Shown one piece after another: positions 28,810-41,329 of a stretch of 64,000 bases of DNA. A program made the position numbers and the translations under genes. The stretch lies in NCBI RefSeq assembly GCF_006345805.1, contig NC_043004.1, positions 96,596,001-96,660,000 on the forward strand. Direction: 5' to 3'. Under the pieces are notes generated by a model. It did no database searches. It worked only from the letters and a program-made list of their open reading frames with translations, and was not told the DNA's origin. The first letter of the stretch is position 1. Each line of letters starts with the position of its first letter. This DNA comes from Octopus sinensis. Its lineage: Eukaryota.

Positions 28810-30076
28810 ATAGGAGAGGAAAAAATATAACAAGGCAGAATGCTAAATTGAAAGTAAATTTTAATAAAAATGGGTGTATGAAAAATTAAAAAAGAAAAAA
28901 TAATAAATCATACCGGTTTTCATTGCAAGGCAAATTTTCAAGATTTGGAAGGGGAACAAATTTTTTTAAATTGAGGAAGGGGAAAAAGAAATTTACAATG
29001 TTTTTTCAAAAAAATAATAATACATATATACAAAAATTAATAAATAAGTATACCAATACATTGTAGAGTCTTTATGCATTTAGAGTTCAGTAATATTCCT
29101 TGGAAGAACTTCTTTGGAGGATTAGGATGCATGTGTTTAAATGTAGTGTATATTTTGAAAGAATGGGCTGATCGTGTGTCAAAACAGGAAATGGGGTAGG
29201 AGTTATCCAGTTCCTGTGAGTAAGGGGAGACAATTCTGTGGATTTTATGCTCTTTAATTGAAATGATGGATTTTTGTCAAACAGGATGCTTATATCAATT
29301 TTTTGTTAGATAGGATGCTAGAAAAAGGAGAATGGTCATCGTGGAGTGTGCATATTAAGACACGTTTGGAATTTTTCAATAAAAAGATTCTCCTTGTTAA
29401 TTCGTTCTTGTGTAGAGATTCTGTCTTTACATTGATAGAAAGGGAATATGTGAAATTTGGGATTTTTATCTCTAGCACAAGAGTCTATGTGGCTACTGAG
29501 TGGAATTTGACGGTATTGTGAGAGATTTATCAGTTCTTTATGGACTGCTACTCTTCTGCATAAAGGAAGGCTCGTTTGTTCAACATAATTGTGTTGGCAG
29601 CCGGCGCATGTGATAACGTAGATGAAGTTCTTGGAGGAACAGGAGAAGTTGGTTTTGATTTTAAACTTCTGAAAGTAAATTCAGAGCCTTCAAGAAGGAA
29701 GGGGCAGGTACCACAGTTAGGGCATGCACATTTTTTAACTGTGGTGTGTGAAGTTTGGCATTTGTTAAGAGACTTTTCGAAGATTTATGTTGCCTTTTGC
29801 ATTAAAGGATTTTATGTGTAAGACTCTATAATGTATTGGTATACTTATTTATTAATTTTTGTACATATGTATTATTATTTTTTTAAAAAAACCTTGTAAA
29901 TTTCTTTTTCCCTTTTCTCAATTTAAAACATTTTTCCCCTTCCAAATCTTGAAAATTTGCCTTGCTTTGAAAGCTGGTTAGTTTTATTATTTTTTTCTTT
30001 TTTAATTTTTCAAACAAATATTTTTATTAAAATTTACTTTCAATTTAGCATTCTGCCTTATTATAAGTTTTCATCT

Positions 30077-30080
<4 letters not shown>
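28810..30080 (-). mobile_element. 5'-truncated Penelope-like element: GIY-YIG domain flanked by inverted pseudo-LTR copies
   Basis: Minus 29780-29355: CPNCGTCPFL..FSCSSKNFIYVITCAGCQHNYVEQT..RQIPLSSHIDSCA..FHIFPFYQ..RINKENLFIEKFQTCLN. 28810-29085 is the inverted copy of 29810-30080. Confidence 0.88.
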
Positions 30081-30122
<42 letters not shown>

Positions 30123-30204
30123 TATGTGCTTGCTTTTATGTTATAATAATAAAAAAATAACATTATATTGAAGTATTACTCAATATATTTGGTAGAGTAC
30201 AATT

Positions 30205-30340
30205 TTATTATTTTTCAACAAGAATAGTGTTTTCGAGGTTTTGGCCAGCTAAGCCCTCATCAGACTGTCTAATGATGGCTTAGCAGGCTGAAACTCTGAA
30301 ATCTCTGTCAATACTATTCTCGTTAAAGAATAAATATATA
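30205..30340. repeat. Palindrome of two back-to-back degenerate hammerhead motifs
   Basis: Minus: gt-CTGATGA-gggcttagctggcc-AAAA-cctc; plus: gt-CTAATGA-tggcttagcaggct-GAAA-ctc; outer arms AGAATAGT / ACTATTCT. Confidence 0.55.
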
Positions 30341-30371
30341 TATCTTCATCATCATCTTCATTTATATACTT

Positions 30372-30404
<33 letters not shown>

Positions 30405-31477
30405 ATATATATATATATATAAAGAGAGAGAGACACACACAGAGAGAGAATTAAGTAAGAGCCATAATCCACCAGGAAACAACAAGGACTTAGTTTTGAT
30501 GCAATATATGTCAGCAAAAAGTCTCTGATTGTTTATTCACGAATGTACTGAAGCACACCACTGCAAGTATTTGGAACGATTGCCAGACACACAGTGCTCC
30601 AGTTGTAATATTATTATAATGGCAACAGAGAAGACGATGTCAACATTTACCCTAGAAACCTAATGACATTTAGAAGGAATAAATTTCCCATATATTGAGT
30701 CTTGACTCAGCCCAAAATATATTCTTAGTCTTATGTCCCAGCAGGGAAAAAATAATAAAATTAAATGGTAAAAATATAATTTATTTTTTATCTTACACCT
30801 CTTCAACAACCACCACCTCTTCAACAACCACCACTTCCTCCCTCACCAATCTATTATTTCCAACTAAAAAAATTGGTGTTTTTAGTTTTATCACATTTGT
30901 ATACTTGCTTGATTGATTACTTCAGTGTCCACTCTGGTATCTCAGGAACTACTGGAGCTAAAATGTTTAAGTTTTTTTTTTCATCAATGATTAGTATGTC
31001 AGATAAATTTTATTGTTGTTGAAATTTTGCTTTTTTTTTTACTATAGCAAGTTGTTTAGATATTATGTATGCAACACAGCTCTGCTTAACACGTTATATG
31101 CTGAGCAAGCTATAAGTTAGCTAAAGAATAAAATTAGTTATATGATAAACAAATTGCAATAGAAATACATTCACCCTCTCGCCTCAACCACATACATTTA
31201 GGTATATAGCAACACTATTTCTTTCAGATACTGGTGATTATTATAGTTATTAGCACAAAATATTGTCATATACCAACCATATATATAGAAATATAAATTT
31301 ATACACCTCTAGGTTCATAACAACATGATTTCATTCAGATAGTGGTTTAGTGGCTATAATAGTTAGTTGTACAAAATATATTGAGCTACTGAAAAGAGTT
31401 GCAGGCAAACCCGAGAAAGTTGAATTTCGGTATCTTTATAATGTCTATCTTTTTTTTTTGTTGGTAATTTGATAGTG

Positions 31478-31858
31478 GCCATGCTGGAGCACCACCTTAA
31501 TGGATTTTAGTCAAGCAAATAGTCCCAGAGCTTATTTATTTCAATGTCTTGTATCTATTCTATTGGCCTCTTCTACTAAACTGCTAAGTTATGGGGACAT
31601 AAACACACCAACACCTTGTCGAGCAATGATGGAGGACAAGTACGAAAACAAAGTCACAACCACATATATATATATATCACCCATATGTATATATGATGGG
31701 CTTCTTTCAGTTTCTGTCCTCTAAATCTACTCACAAAGCTTTGGTCGGCCTGATGCTATAGTAGAAGATACTTGCCCAAGTTGCCATGCTGTGGGATTGA
31801 ACCCAGAAGCATGTGATTGGGAAGCAAGCATCTTACCACACAGCCATGCCTGTGCCTA
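31478..31858 (-). mobile_element. tRNA-derived SINE (family A), more diverged
   Basis: Homologous to 9871-10263. Confidence 0.85.
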
Positions 31859-32047
31859 TATGAATATTTTTTTTAAATTTTCACCTAGCTGAAGGTACCA
31901 ACAATATGATTAGTTACCAATATCCTTGCAGACGTATGTCATGGGTTTGAAATATTCTAAATAAAAAGGGAAAATAAAAATGATATATGAAATAATCATT
32001 CTATTACAATGTCAAATAGATTTAATAAATTTCTTACTTGAAATACG

Positions 32048-32670
32048 TACGGATGAGGACAGCTGTGTAAAGAAGTGCTGATCTCTAACTGTGGAGGGAA
32101 TCTGTGGTAAAGGTAACCCAAGAAGATATGGGACGATGTGGTGAAGCATGATCTTTGAACTTTGAACTTCACAGAGGCAATGACTAATGACCGGGACTTT
32201 GGTAATGTGCTCTGATTAAGAGGACTCATCAAGCCAAGTGCACCTGTGCTGGTGGCACATTAAAAAAATCAGCCTTTGAACATTGGGCCTCATGGAGACA
32301 AGGTAGCTGAGTTCCTTTGGAGCATTGGGCCACGTTGAGGCATAGTGGCTAAGTTCCTTTCGAGCATTGGGCCTGACGGAGGTAATGACCAAGACCATTG
32401 GCATTACATCATGCTTGAGAAGGAGTTCCATCAAGCTGAGCAAAATCACATCATGGCAGATATCAGCGTCACACAAATGGCACCTGTGCCAGTGGCAGGT
32501 AAAAGCACTCATTACACTCTTGGAGTGGTTGTCGTTAAGAAAGGCATCCAGCTGTAGAAAACCATACCAAATCTGATAGGAGCCAGGGGTGCCAGCCAAG
32601 TCCAACCCATGCCAGCATGGACAAAGGACGTCAAATGATGACGATGATGGTGATCATGATGATGATGAGG
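32048..32670 (+). mobile_element. RTE LINE 3' end (ORF C-terminus + family B tail)
   Basis: DEDSCVKKC*SLTVEGICGKG/PKKIWDDVVKHDL (RTE GRGRPxKTW-type motif), then the family B tail ending in (GAT)n. Confidence 0.8.
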
Positions 32671-33651
32671 AGGAGGAGGAGGAGGATTGACATCGTGCAG
32701 TTGCTGTATATGAGTGTCACAGTCTAACACATAGTGCCCTTCATTTCAGTCTTCGTTAATCTTAAGGAATTATTAATCTTGCATCAAAATAGGGAGAGAT
32801 GGTGACAAAAAAAAGTATCTAGCTGTGGGAAATGTGTTTCTATGATGAGATCTGTCTGATCAAGTCTGGCATGGAAAAGGATTTTAAATGATGATAGTAA
32901 CTACATATGTATAAAAATATATTCATGCATACCATATGTACATAATAACAATGTATTTCAGATATTTCTGTCTATAATAGGTAGTAGTGCAAGTGATTGG
33001 CTGCAGTTTCGGGTAATTTGGCTGTCACGATGGTATGATATGATTGAGATTGCTATGTCCTGTATTTATAATCTTCTGAAAGGAAGGGGAAAGTCAAAAT
33101 AATTTACAAAATATAAACTTTATTCATATGTTTAAAAAGTTGTAATAAAAACCACATTCTTACATATACAGGTTTTACTTGTTGTAATAATTTTGGAAAA
33201 TATGTATTCTAGGGTACAAAAATTCACTTACCAAAATTTATTTACTATAGACGCCAGCAGTCTTGAAGCCAACTTTCAATGGAAATTATATTAAAATCCT
33301 GATAACATGCAGAGAAAGACTTTCATCTTGTTTTATACAGATTTAGTTGGTTAAAATCGGCTTCATGTTTTTCCTAATTGCTTACAGAATAGTAGAAGGG
33401 AAATTCAACAACTGTAGATTTAATACAGATGTCCTCAGGATCTTCGGTTAAGTTCCTTTCTCTGCAGTTACTGAATCTTGTAATAACTTTCCTTTTTCTA
33501 AATTACAATTTTGTAATTTCATTTTCGTTATTATATCATTGTATAATTTAGGAAACTGTAATTTTTTTTTATTAATTACCATCAAATTAATAAAACGGCC
33601 ATGTTTCAACACATCATAAAACTTTTATTTGATTTAATGTCCAAATATATA

Positions 33652-33865
33652 AGGGGAGAAGCTGCTAGAATTGTTAGCGAACTGGACAAAGTGCTTGGAG
33701 GCATTTCCCCCATCTTTACATTCTGAGTTCATATACTGCTGAAGTCAGCATTTTCTTTCATCCTATTGGGTCACTAAAATAAGTACCAGTCAAGCAGTAG
33801 GGTCAGTGAAATCAACTAGCTTCTCCCCAAGGAATTCCAGTCTCTTTGGCTATAGTTGAAAGGAT
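33652..33865 (+). mobile_element. Diverged SINE-like repeat (family D)
   Basis: CTAGAATTGTTAGC..GAGTTCA..CTTTCATCCT..TAAAATAAGTACCAGT; partial relatives at ~18000-18080 and ~50500-50585. Confidence 0.55.
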
Positions 33866-33944
33866 TTAGGGTCCAAATATATCGTTGGGAATGACAAAAA
33901 CACTTTTGTTATTAAGTCCTCGTATCCTAGTCTAGAAAATAAAT

Positions 33945-34171
33945 TCTATTTTATTCTCTTTTACTTGTTTCAGTCATTTGACTGCCGTCATGCTGGAGCA
34001 CAGCCTTTAGTCAAGCAAATCGACCCCAGAACTTATTTTTTGTAAGCCTAGTACTTATTCTATCGGTCTCTTTTGCCGAAGCGCTAAGTTATGGAGACGT
34101 AAACACACTAGCATCGGTTGTCAAGTGATTTTGGGGGGGACAAACACAGACACACAAACATATATACATAC

Positions 34172-34203
<32 letters not shown>

Positions 34204-34600
34204 TTATTTTGGTAGTTTTGACTTTAAGAGTCCCTCCTAGCGTGCGGCATTTATGTGTAATAATGCCCTCTATATAATATAAATAAATACATTCAAGTGA
34301 GAAAAATTTACAGATTTTTTCTCTTATGAGGTTTTTCACGCTAACTACTTGATAATTTCTTGTGAAGATTTTATCCTATTTTTAAATTATATATATATAT
34401 GTATATATATATACATATATATATATATATACATATATACGACAGGCTTCTTTCAGTTTCTGTCTACCAAATCCACTCACAAGGCTTTGGTCGGCTCGAG
34501 GCTATAGTAGAAAACACTTGCCCAAGATGCCATGCAGTGGGAATGAACCCGGAACCATTTGGTTGGTAAGTAAGTCACTTACTACACAGCCACTCCTGCA
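33945..34600 (-). mobile_element. tRNA-derived SINE (family A) interrupted by a ~190 bp insertion (34203-34390) in its (TA)n slot
   Basis: Both SINE halves present on either side of an unrelated segment. Confidence 0.85.
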
Positions 34601-35136
34601 CTTAAGTTAAGTATTCATTGGTTTTCACAAAAAGATTTTTACTATTTCAGTTAGTCAACATCTGTATAACTTGGGAGTTCGAAATTTATTTTTCATGTAT
34701 TGTCCTAGAATATATTTCAGATACCCACAGCAAATTCAAAACTCACACACTAAGTTAATAATGTTATTGGTTTTCATTTCTACCATGATTCATAGAACAC
34801 CAGCTGCTGGCAACATATAGCCAGAGTTAATAAATACCACCTGAGGATAATCTTCAGACACACTGTGAAATCTTTCTAAAGAAACAGCTCATTCAAACAG
34901 TGCTGCTTGTTTATAGTTCCCCACTTAACTATAAATCCAAGATGTTTGATGTCAGAAAGACTGGGAGATTATTACTTTGCTTGGAAACGGATGATATTTG
35001 GTATAAAGAAAAGCATCTAGTCACAGAAAATATTGTTGCATCATAGTCATGTCCAATACCAAGCAAGCCTAGAAAAGTAGGTATTTAAAATGATGATGGT
35101 GAAAATGATGGTATGTTTATAACTACCTACCTACTT

Positions 35137-35361
35137 ATGTATGTATGTATGTATGTATGTATGTATGTATGTATGTATGTATGTATGTATGTATGTATTT
35201 ATGTATGTATGTGTGTGTGTATGTATGTATGTATGTATGTATGTATGTGTGTGTATGTATGTATGTATGTGTGTGTGTATGTATGTATGTATGTATGTAT
35301 GTATGTGTGTATGTGTGTATGTATGTATGTATGTATGTATGTATGCATGTATGTATCTATG

Positions 35362-35395
<34 letters not shown>
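35137..35395. repeat. (TATG)n/(TG)n/(ATCT)n compound microsatellite
   Basis: Direct reading; accounts for the spurious first ~84 aa of ORF 35145-36779. Confidence 0.97.
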
Positions 35396-35396
<1 letters not shown>

Positions 35397-38300
35397 AGAG
35401 ACCGGATTAGCACACTAGTAAAGAGGGCTTTGACGGGAGCCATCATCAACAACAAATGGTGGTTTGCCCTCAAGAGAGCAGTAAAAGCAGAAGCGATTAG
35501 GTACAGCAAAGCACTAGCCATAGATAGAAATAGAGTTGAGGGTGAGCTAGTTAAGAAGCTAGAAGAGGCAATTAGAAGCGGCATCGCATCCGACGTTTTG
35601 GCAGCGAGGTTGGCCCTCGACCAACACTTCAACGCCAAACACGAAGGATGTGCTGTCAGAGCTAGGATGCGTGCTCTAAGGAACGAAGTTGTTGGAGCCG
35701 CGAGAGAGGCCCGGGTGGCAGAGGCGCAACAGGGCAACAAAGCCACCATTCGGTCCCTGGTAGACGAACAGGGGCGCGAATTGCTCGAGCCAAGTAAAAT
35801 GTGTGAGGCCTTTCAGCAGCATTTTGCCCGACTGTTCGGGACGAGTGGAGGGCAAGAACGTAGGGTGGACTTCAGTGCCTACCTACATAGCCTACCACGA
35901 CTCTCGACAAGAAAGGCAGGGTGCTGCGAAGGTGCCATCACGGCGGCGGAAGTGCAGGAGGCGATGGCAGAATGCTCGAGGGACAAATCACCGGGTTTGG
36001 ATGGTCTACCCTACGAGCTTTACAATTGTATGCCAGACTTGTTTGGAGATCTCTTGGCGGCGGTGTACTGCAACTGGCAGCAAAACGGGAGCATTCCTGG
36101 TTTTGTGAGCCGAGGAGCCGTAACACTGCTGAAGAAAGATCTAAACAAGGGAAATGTAATAGATAACTTTAGGCCCATCACTCTGCTCAATGCAGACTTG
36201 AAAATTTTGGCCAAGGTGCTAGCCAAGAGGTTGGCGCTTGTCATCAAGAAACTGGTCGACAAGGTGCAAACATGCGCCGTGCCAGGCCGGACCATCCATG
36301 ACAACCTCCACCTGATGCGCTACATCATAGACAGGGTAGTTAACGAACCTGGCATGGGTGGGGCGCTGATCAATTTGGATCAATCGAAAGCTTTCGATAG
36401 GGTAGACCATCGATACTCGGAGGCGGTCCTCAGAGCGGCAGGCTTCGGTCCCGTCTTCCGCGGCTGGATAGCCGCTTTGTACAGAGGCATCCGTTCGGTA
36501 ATTCGCGTGAATGGACATCTATCGAGACCCTTCGACATCGCACGTTCGGTCCGTCAGGGATGCCCCCTCTCGTTGCTTCTATACGTATTGACTCTCGAGC
36601 CATTATTGCGGAAGCTGGCAACTTTGAGGGGCATCCCGCGAGAACTGGGATGCGGGACGAGCGTGTCTGCATACGCGGACGACGTCACCGTCATAGTGTC
36701 TAGCCACGAGCACATCGAGCAGGTTGGCGAGACACTGAAAAACTACGAAGCGGTGACAGGAGCGAAAATCAACCGGTAAAAGTCAGTGGGCTTGCGACTA
36801 GGCACCTGGAGAAGCAAGCCCATGCCGTCCACCAGCGCCTCCGTCGTGGGACGCTGGACTGACGGCCCGGTTGAGTTGCTCGGGGTCTGGTTTGGTCCGG
36901 ACCTCCAAGTGGAGAAGAACTGGAACGAGATAACGAGTAGGGTGGTCACTCTCGCCCGGCAATGGGCCGAGAGGAAACTGTCCCTAAAAGGTCGGGCGGA
37001 GGTGGCGAACACGTACATCGCGTCCGTCATCTACTACCGCCTGACCGTCGTACCTTGTCCTGACCCTACCATCACCAAACTACAACGCATTCTCTTTCGC
37101 TTCTTGTGGTAAGGATGCGTCCCGATGGTCAGGCGATCCATTTGCTGTCAACACCCGTTAAAAGGAGGGCTGGGCATGCCGTGGTTGATGATGCGCAGAC
37201 ACGCGCTGAGACTGCGACATCTCTGGCTCTATGTAGACGACGGTGAACAGGTGTGGTCGCCGTTTGTGAGGCACGCTTTCCCGCAGCTCGTCTCCATGAC
37301 CGAACTGCAGTCGTGGATCAAAAAGAGGCCGAGGAAGGGCGATTGGCACCGCGAGTGTCGCGTTGCTCTCAAGCAACTCTGCCGTCCCGGGTCGACCTTG
37401 AGTGACTTCAACACAACCAAAGCATTCTATAGGGGATTAGTGGAGGGGAGGTACGACGACGAGCTCGGGGCGAACCTGGACGTCGACGAGGAGTACCTGA
37501 CCCGCCTGTTCAGGACGACTTTCGGGCCAGGGTCCATGGACAACTTCCAGAGATCCCTGGCCTGGCAGTGCTACCGAGAAGCGCTACCCGTTCGGGATAA
37601 GCTCTACAGACACGGCTCGAGAAACACGGGGCCGACCTGCCCGAGATGCGGTCAGAGCGACGAAACCGTTCTGCACGCACTCGTGCAGTGTCCAACAATT
37701 TCCGACCTGTGGGCTTATGTCGAACAACTGCTGTCACGTGTGGGACGAGTCGGTTTATCAGCTGAGTCTATCGTCAATATTGTCACGCCTCCTTCCTTCA
37801 AACGGGAAGGAAGAGCTATTTTCATCATCCTTGTGGTTATGGCGAAAGAATGTATCTGGTGGACGCGTCTGAAAGGATTGGAGACAAACACTTTCCTCTC
37901 TGGTCAATCTCTCATCAACTTCTTCAAGTACCACTTGAAAAGGAAAGTGAGAGTAGAGAGGCAAGTTTTATCTAGCGAATGTTTTAAAAAAAGATGGGTG
38001 AATGTAGCAAGGATGGCACGTATGAATGACGAAGCCACCTTGAGCATAATCCTATGAACCCAGAAATTGAAAACAGAGGGTTACCCACTTGCAAACAAAT
38101 GTGGTAACATATAATAATATTGACCAAGGTTACCGTGGTCTTTTTCGTAGGCTTTTCTTCCCACGGATAAACCTTACTTGCTTTCCCCTTTACACCATAT
38201 ATCATAACACTGTGATACACGATCCCTATTGATCGTTTTTTTTCCTCTTCCCCCTTTTTTCCCCTTTTTTCTTCTTTTTTCATTACTCTTTCCTTTTGTT

Positions 38301-38513
38301 CCTTTTCCTTTTCTTTTTTTTCTTTTTATTCCTTTTATTTTATTCAAATTTTTTTTTGTTCTTTTCTTCCCTTTTACGATCCCTCTTGATCGAAAACCTA
38401 CGCCACCCCTTTTTTTTTCTTTTGTTTTTTGTTCTCTTCATCCCCCAAAAGAAAAGCTCTACCTTGTAACTTGTCTCATCTGTGTGCAGCCCTGTGTGGC
38501 CAATAAAGAAACT
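35396..38513 (+). mobile_element. 5'-truncated L1/Tx1-type non-LTR retrotransposon
   Basis: GC/CpG-rich island holding an ORF2 remnant, a pyrimidine-rich 3' UTR (38230-38440) and AATAAA at ~38503. Confidence 0.92.
35397..38057 (+). pseudogene. LINE ORF2 (reverse transcriptase + zf-RVT), two premature TAA stops, no frameshift, endonuclease domain missing
   Basis: KSPGLDG, FRPITLLNADLKILAK, LDQSKAFDRVDH, VRQGCPLS, YADD at 36672-36683, GGLG, CPRC..ETVLHALVQC. ORFs starting at 35145, 36786 and 37125 are in one frame, with stops ending at 36779 and 37112. Confidence 0.93.
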
Positions 38514-38848
38514 TATAATATATTAAAACTCAAAGTTTATCAGTCTGTTTACCTGCTATTTGATTAAGAAGATAAAGGTACCAAATAATATAGTCATTTC
38601 CCCTTCAAAAAAAAATCAAGTTGAAAATGTCGACACTTCAGAGTCGTGTCAGCTACTACCAGCCATCCTTTGTTCTCATTTCTTTTTCCTTCCCTTAATC
38701 ATTTATACAACTTATGGTGCACTAAGACAGAAATTCTCCCTATATTTTTGAGATATTTATGAATTCTTGATTTTTTTTCTTAAAGGGGAAAATTACCATT
38801 TTATTTAAAGTAAAATATTAATCTTTATCATCTTAATCAAAAGGCAGA

Positions 38849-38903
<55 letters not shown>

Positions 38904-39034
38904 AGAGTATCTCTTTATAAATGAATTTGAGTTTCAATAAGAGAAGTTGAATCTCATAAGAATGGAAAAACAAACAACAACAAATAGGTCGTGTCTTATA
39001 ATGAAACTCTTTAAAGAACCTTCAAATGCCACAG

Positions 39035-39560
39035 CAATGCTGAAATCATTGCCTCAGTGGGGTCAGTTAGGTATGTCATCAAGTATACACTGAAAGGAAA
39101 TAAGCAAGCTGCTTTTCAAATAAACAATAATAACGAAATCAGTCAATATCTAATGGGTAAGGTATATTGGACCATCCAAAGCAGTTGCAGCCATTTTAGG
39201 ATTTTCAATTCATGAAAGAGCACCTGCAATATTGAGACTGCAAGTTCACCTACCACCATATGATCAAAGAATATTGCTCAGAAATTATGACGACATATAG
39301 GGCTATCGATGAACGAGGTATGAGAACAATACTGACAGAATTCTTTTCATGATAACTTTGCAAAAAACATTACTTTACGTTGAAGTACCCATGTATTTTC
39401 CTTGGAACAGTAAGGACAAAAAATGGCAAAGAAAATCTATGGAAAAAAAGTTGAAGGTCATTTGAACGTTTTCAAAGAAGAAACACTTGGTCGTGTTTAT
39501 GCTGTCACACGAAGGGCAGAAGAACTGTATTAGATAAGGATTTTATAGCACAAAGTTCAA
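39035..39560 (+). pseudogene. Helitron RepHel internal fragment (downstream part of Rep domain)
   Basis: EIIASVGSVRYVIKYTLKG...NEISQYLMG/YIGPSKAVAAILGFSIHERAPAILRLQVHLP...TLGRVYAV..ELY*IRIL matches the Helitron pattern KYxxKG..DEIxxY..RYI.P.EA..I.GF.IH...V.RL.VHLP..IGR.Y.V. Confidence 0.85.
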
Positions 39561-39755
39561 AATAGTATTTTTTCTTTTCTTGCTGCACATCGACATTTTC
39601 AACTTAGAGTGGTTGTGACCCAACTGGTCATGGTGGGTGCATCTAGTATATATATATATTATTCTTAAAGAACATTGTTGTTGACAATGACTTTGTAGTT
39701 TCGGCCTGCTAAACCTTCATACACAATACATAGTGTACAGAGTACACTGTATATA

Positions 39756-41020
39756 TCAGGTGGTCCCATAAGTTCTGTCTGATTTTTACCTTTTTTTAAA
39801 ATTGAATGATATTTAATAGTATTTTAGAATGTCTAATGGAATTAAAAATTATTTTTATGCATTTGCATACATTTAAACTAATTAAATATTATTTTACAGA
39901 ATAATAGAATTAAAATTTCTTTGATTAAAACCCTTTCTAACATGGAAGTATCCAAAGTGCGTTTAAGGCACATAATGCTTTATGAGTACAAAAAGGAAAC
40001 TCTGCAGCCGAAACGACTCAAAACATACACTCAGTTTATGGGAAAGAATACTTGAAAGAAAGAACTTGCAGAAGATGGTTTGCAAAATTCAGAAGTGGAG
40101 ATTTCAGCCTTGAGGATGAAGATCGTACAGGATGTCCATTTGAGTTTCATGATAAGCTCCTTGAGGAATTATTTGAAGAAAATCCTGCATTGTCAGTTGA
40201 AGAATTGGCAATAAAGCTTAGTACATATCATACAACTGTTCATCGTCATATTCAACAACTTGGAAAATGGGTACCTCATGAATTGTCCAAAAGGAACTGC
40301 AAATCCCGAGTTGACATCTGTTCATCTCTCCATTCTCGCAAACTCAATTCACCCTTTTTGGATAGACTCGTGACTGGTGATGATAAATGGATCTTCTGTC
40401 AAAATGTTAGATGTTGTAAACAGTGGCTTGGTAAAAGGGAAAAAGCTCAACCACAACCGAGAAGGGAAGTTCATGAGAAAAAGGTTCTTCACTCTATCTG
40501 GTGGGATTGCAAAGGAGTAATTCACTTTGAATTGTTACCACCTAATGCAACAATCAATGCTCAAGTCTACTGTAAGCAATTAGAGCGTTTGAAGCAAGCT
40601 TTGAAGAAAAAAAGACCCACTTTAGTGAATTGAAAAGGAGTGAATGTTTCATCAGGACAATGCGCGACCCCACACTGCAAAGATCACATCAAAAAAGATC
40701 GAAGAACTTGGTTGGGAAAAAAATTCTTCATCCACCTTATTCTCCCAACCTTGCTCCTTCAGAGTACCACTTGTTTTTAGAAACATTTGGGGGGCATAAC
40801 TTTTGCAAGCCAGGAGGATTTTGAAACTGACATTTTGGAGTTATTTGCTTTGAAACCAAAAGAGTTTTACATTGATGGGATTAAAAAGCTTGTAAATAGA
40901 TGGAAGGAAATCATAGATAATCAGGGAAAGTACATTGATGATTAAATTTCAATTAAATATAACATTTGATCACTTGTTTTCTTTATTCAAAATTCGGACA
41001 GAACTTATGGGATGACCTGA
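39756..41020 (+). mobile_element. Full-length mariner DNA transposon (~1.27 kb), inactive
   Basis: TIRs TA|TCAGGTGGTCCCATAAGTTCTGTCTGA and TCGGACAGAACTTATGGGATGACCTGA|TA. Confidence 0.95.
39942..40945 (+). pseudogene. Mariner DD34D-type transposase, frameshifts/stops
   Basis: MEVSKVRLRHIMLYEYKK, RRWFAKFRSGDFSLED, WVPHEL, VTGDDKW, HQDNARPH, HPPYSPNLAPSEYHLF. Confidence 0.95.
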
Positions 41021-41329
41021 TACATATATTTCCTATCCTTGGGAGCCAAGTCTCTTCTGGTTCAGGATCACTGCTCTAGTTAATAATGAATTATAACTTT
41101 AAAAAGGTTACATTAATATGTGAGAGGGAAAAAGTTGGTGAAAGCAATATCAGTATATAACATACTTTGTTGGTTTTTGGTAAGATTTGAACTGTTCACT
41201 GCTGGATACGTTTCAGTAGTTTGTTGATCATTTATCTAAGTTGGTAGCTGGCTCAAAACTCCAAGATGGTTAACTGCAAGTTGAATGTAACCCTTCTTGC
41301 ACTTGGGTAATTAACACTGACCATCACTA

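Noticed and set aside
33310-33470. Cluster of splice-acceptor-like sites (CTAATTGCTTACAG etc.)
   Set aside because: The only nearby donor (GTTAAG) is weak; candidate exons are ambiguous (59 nt or 18 nt) with no recognisable peptide.
35145-36779. 544-aa ORF as an intact gene
   Set aside because: N-terminus is microsatellite; the remainder is a truncated LINE ORF2 ending at a premature stop.
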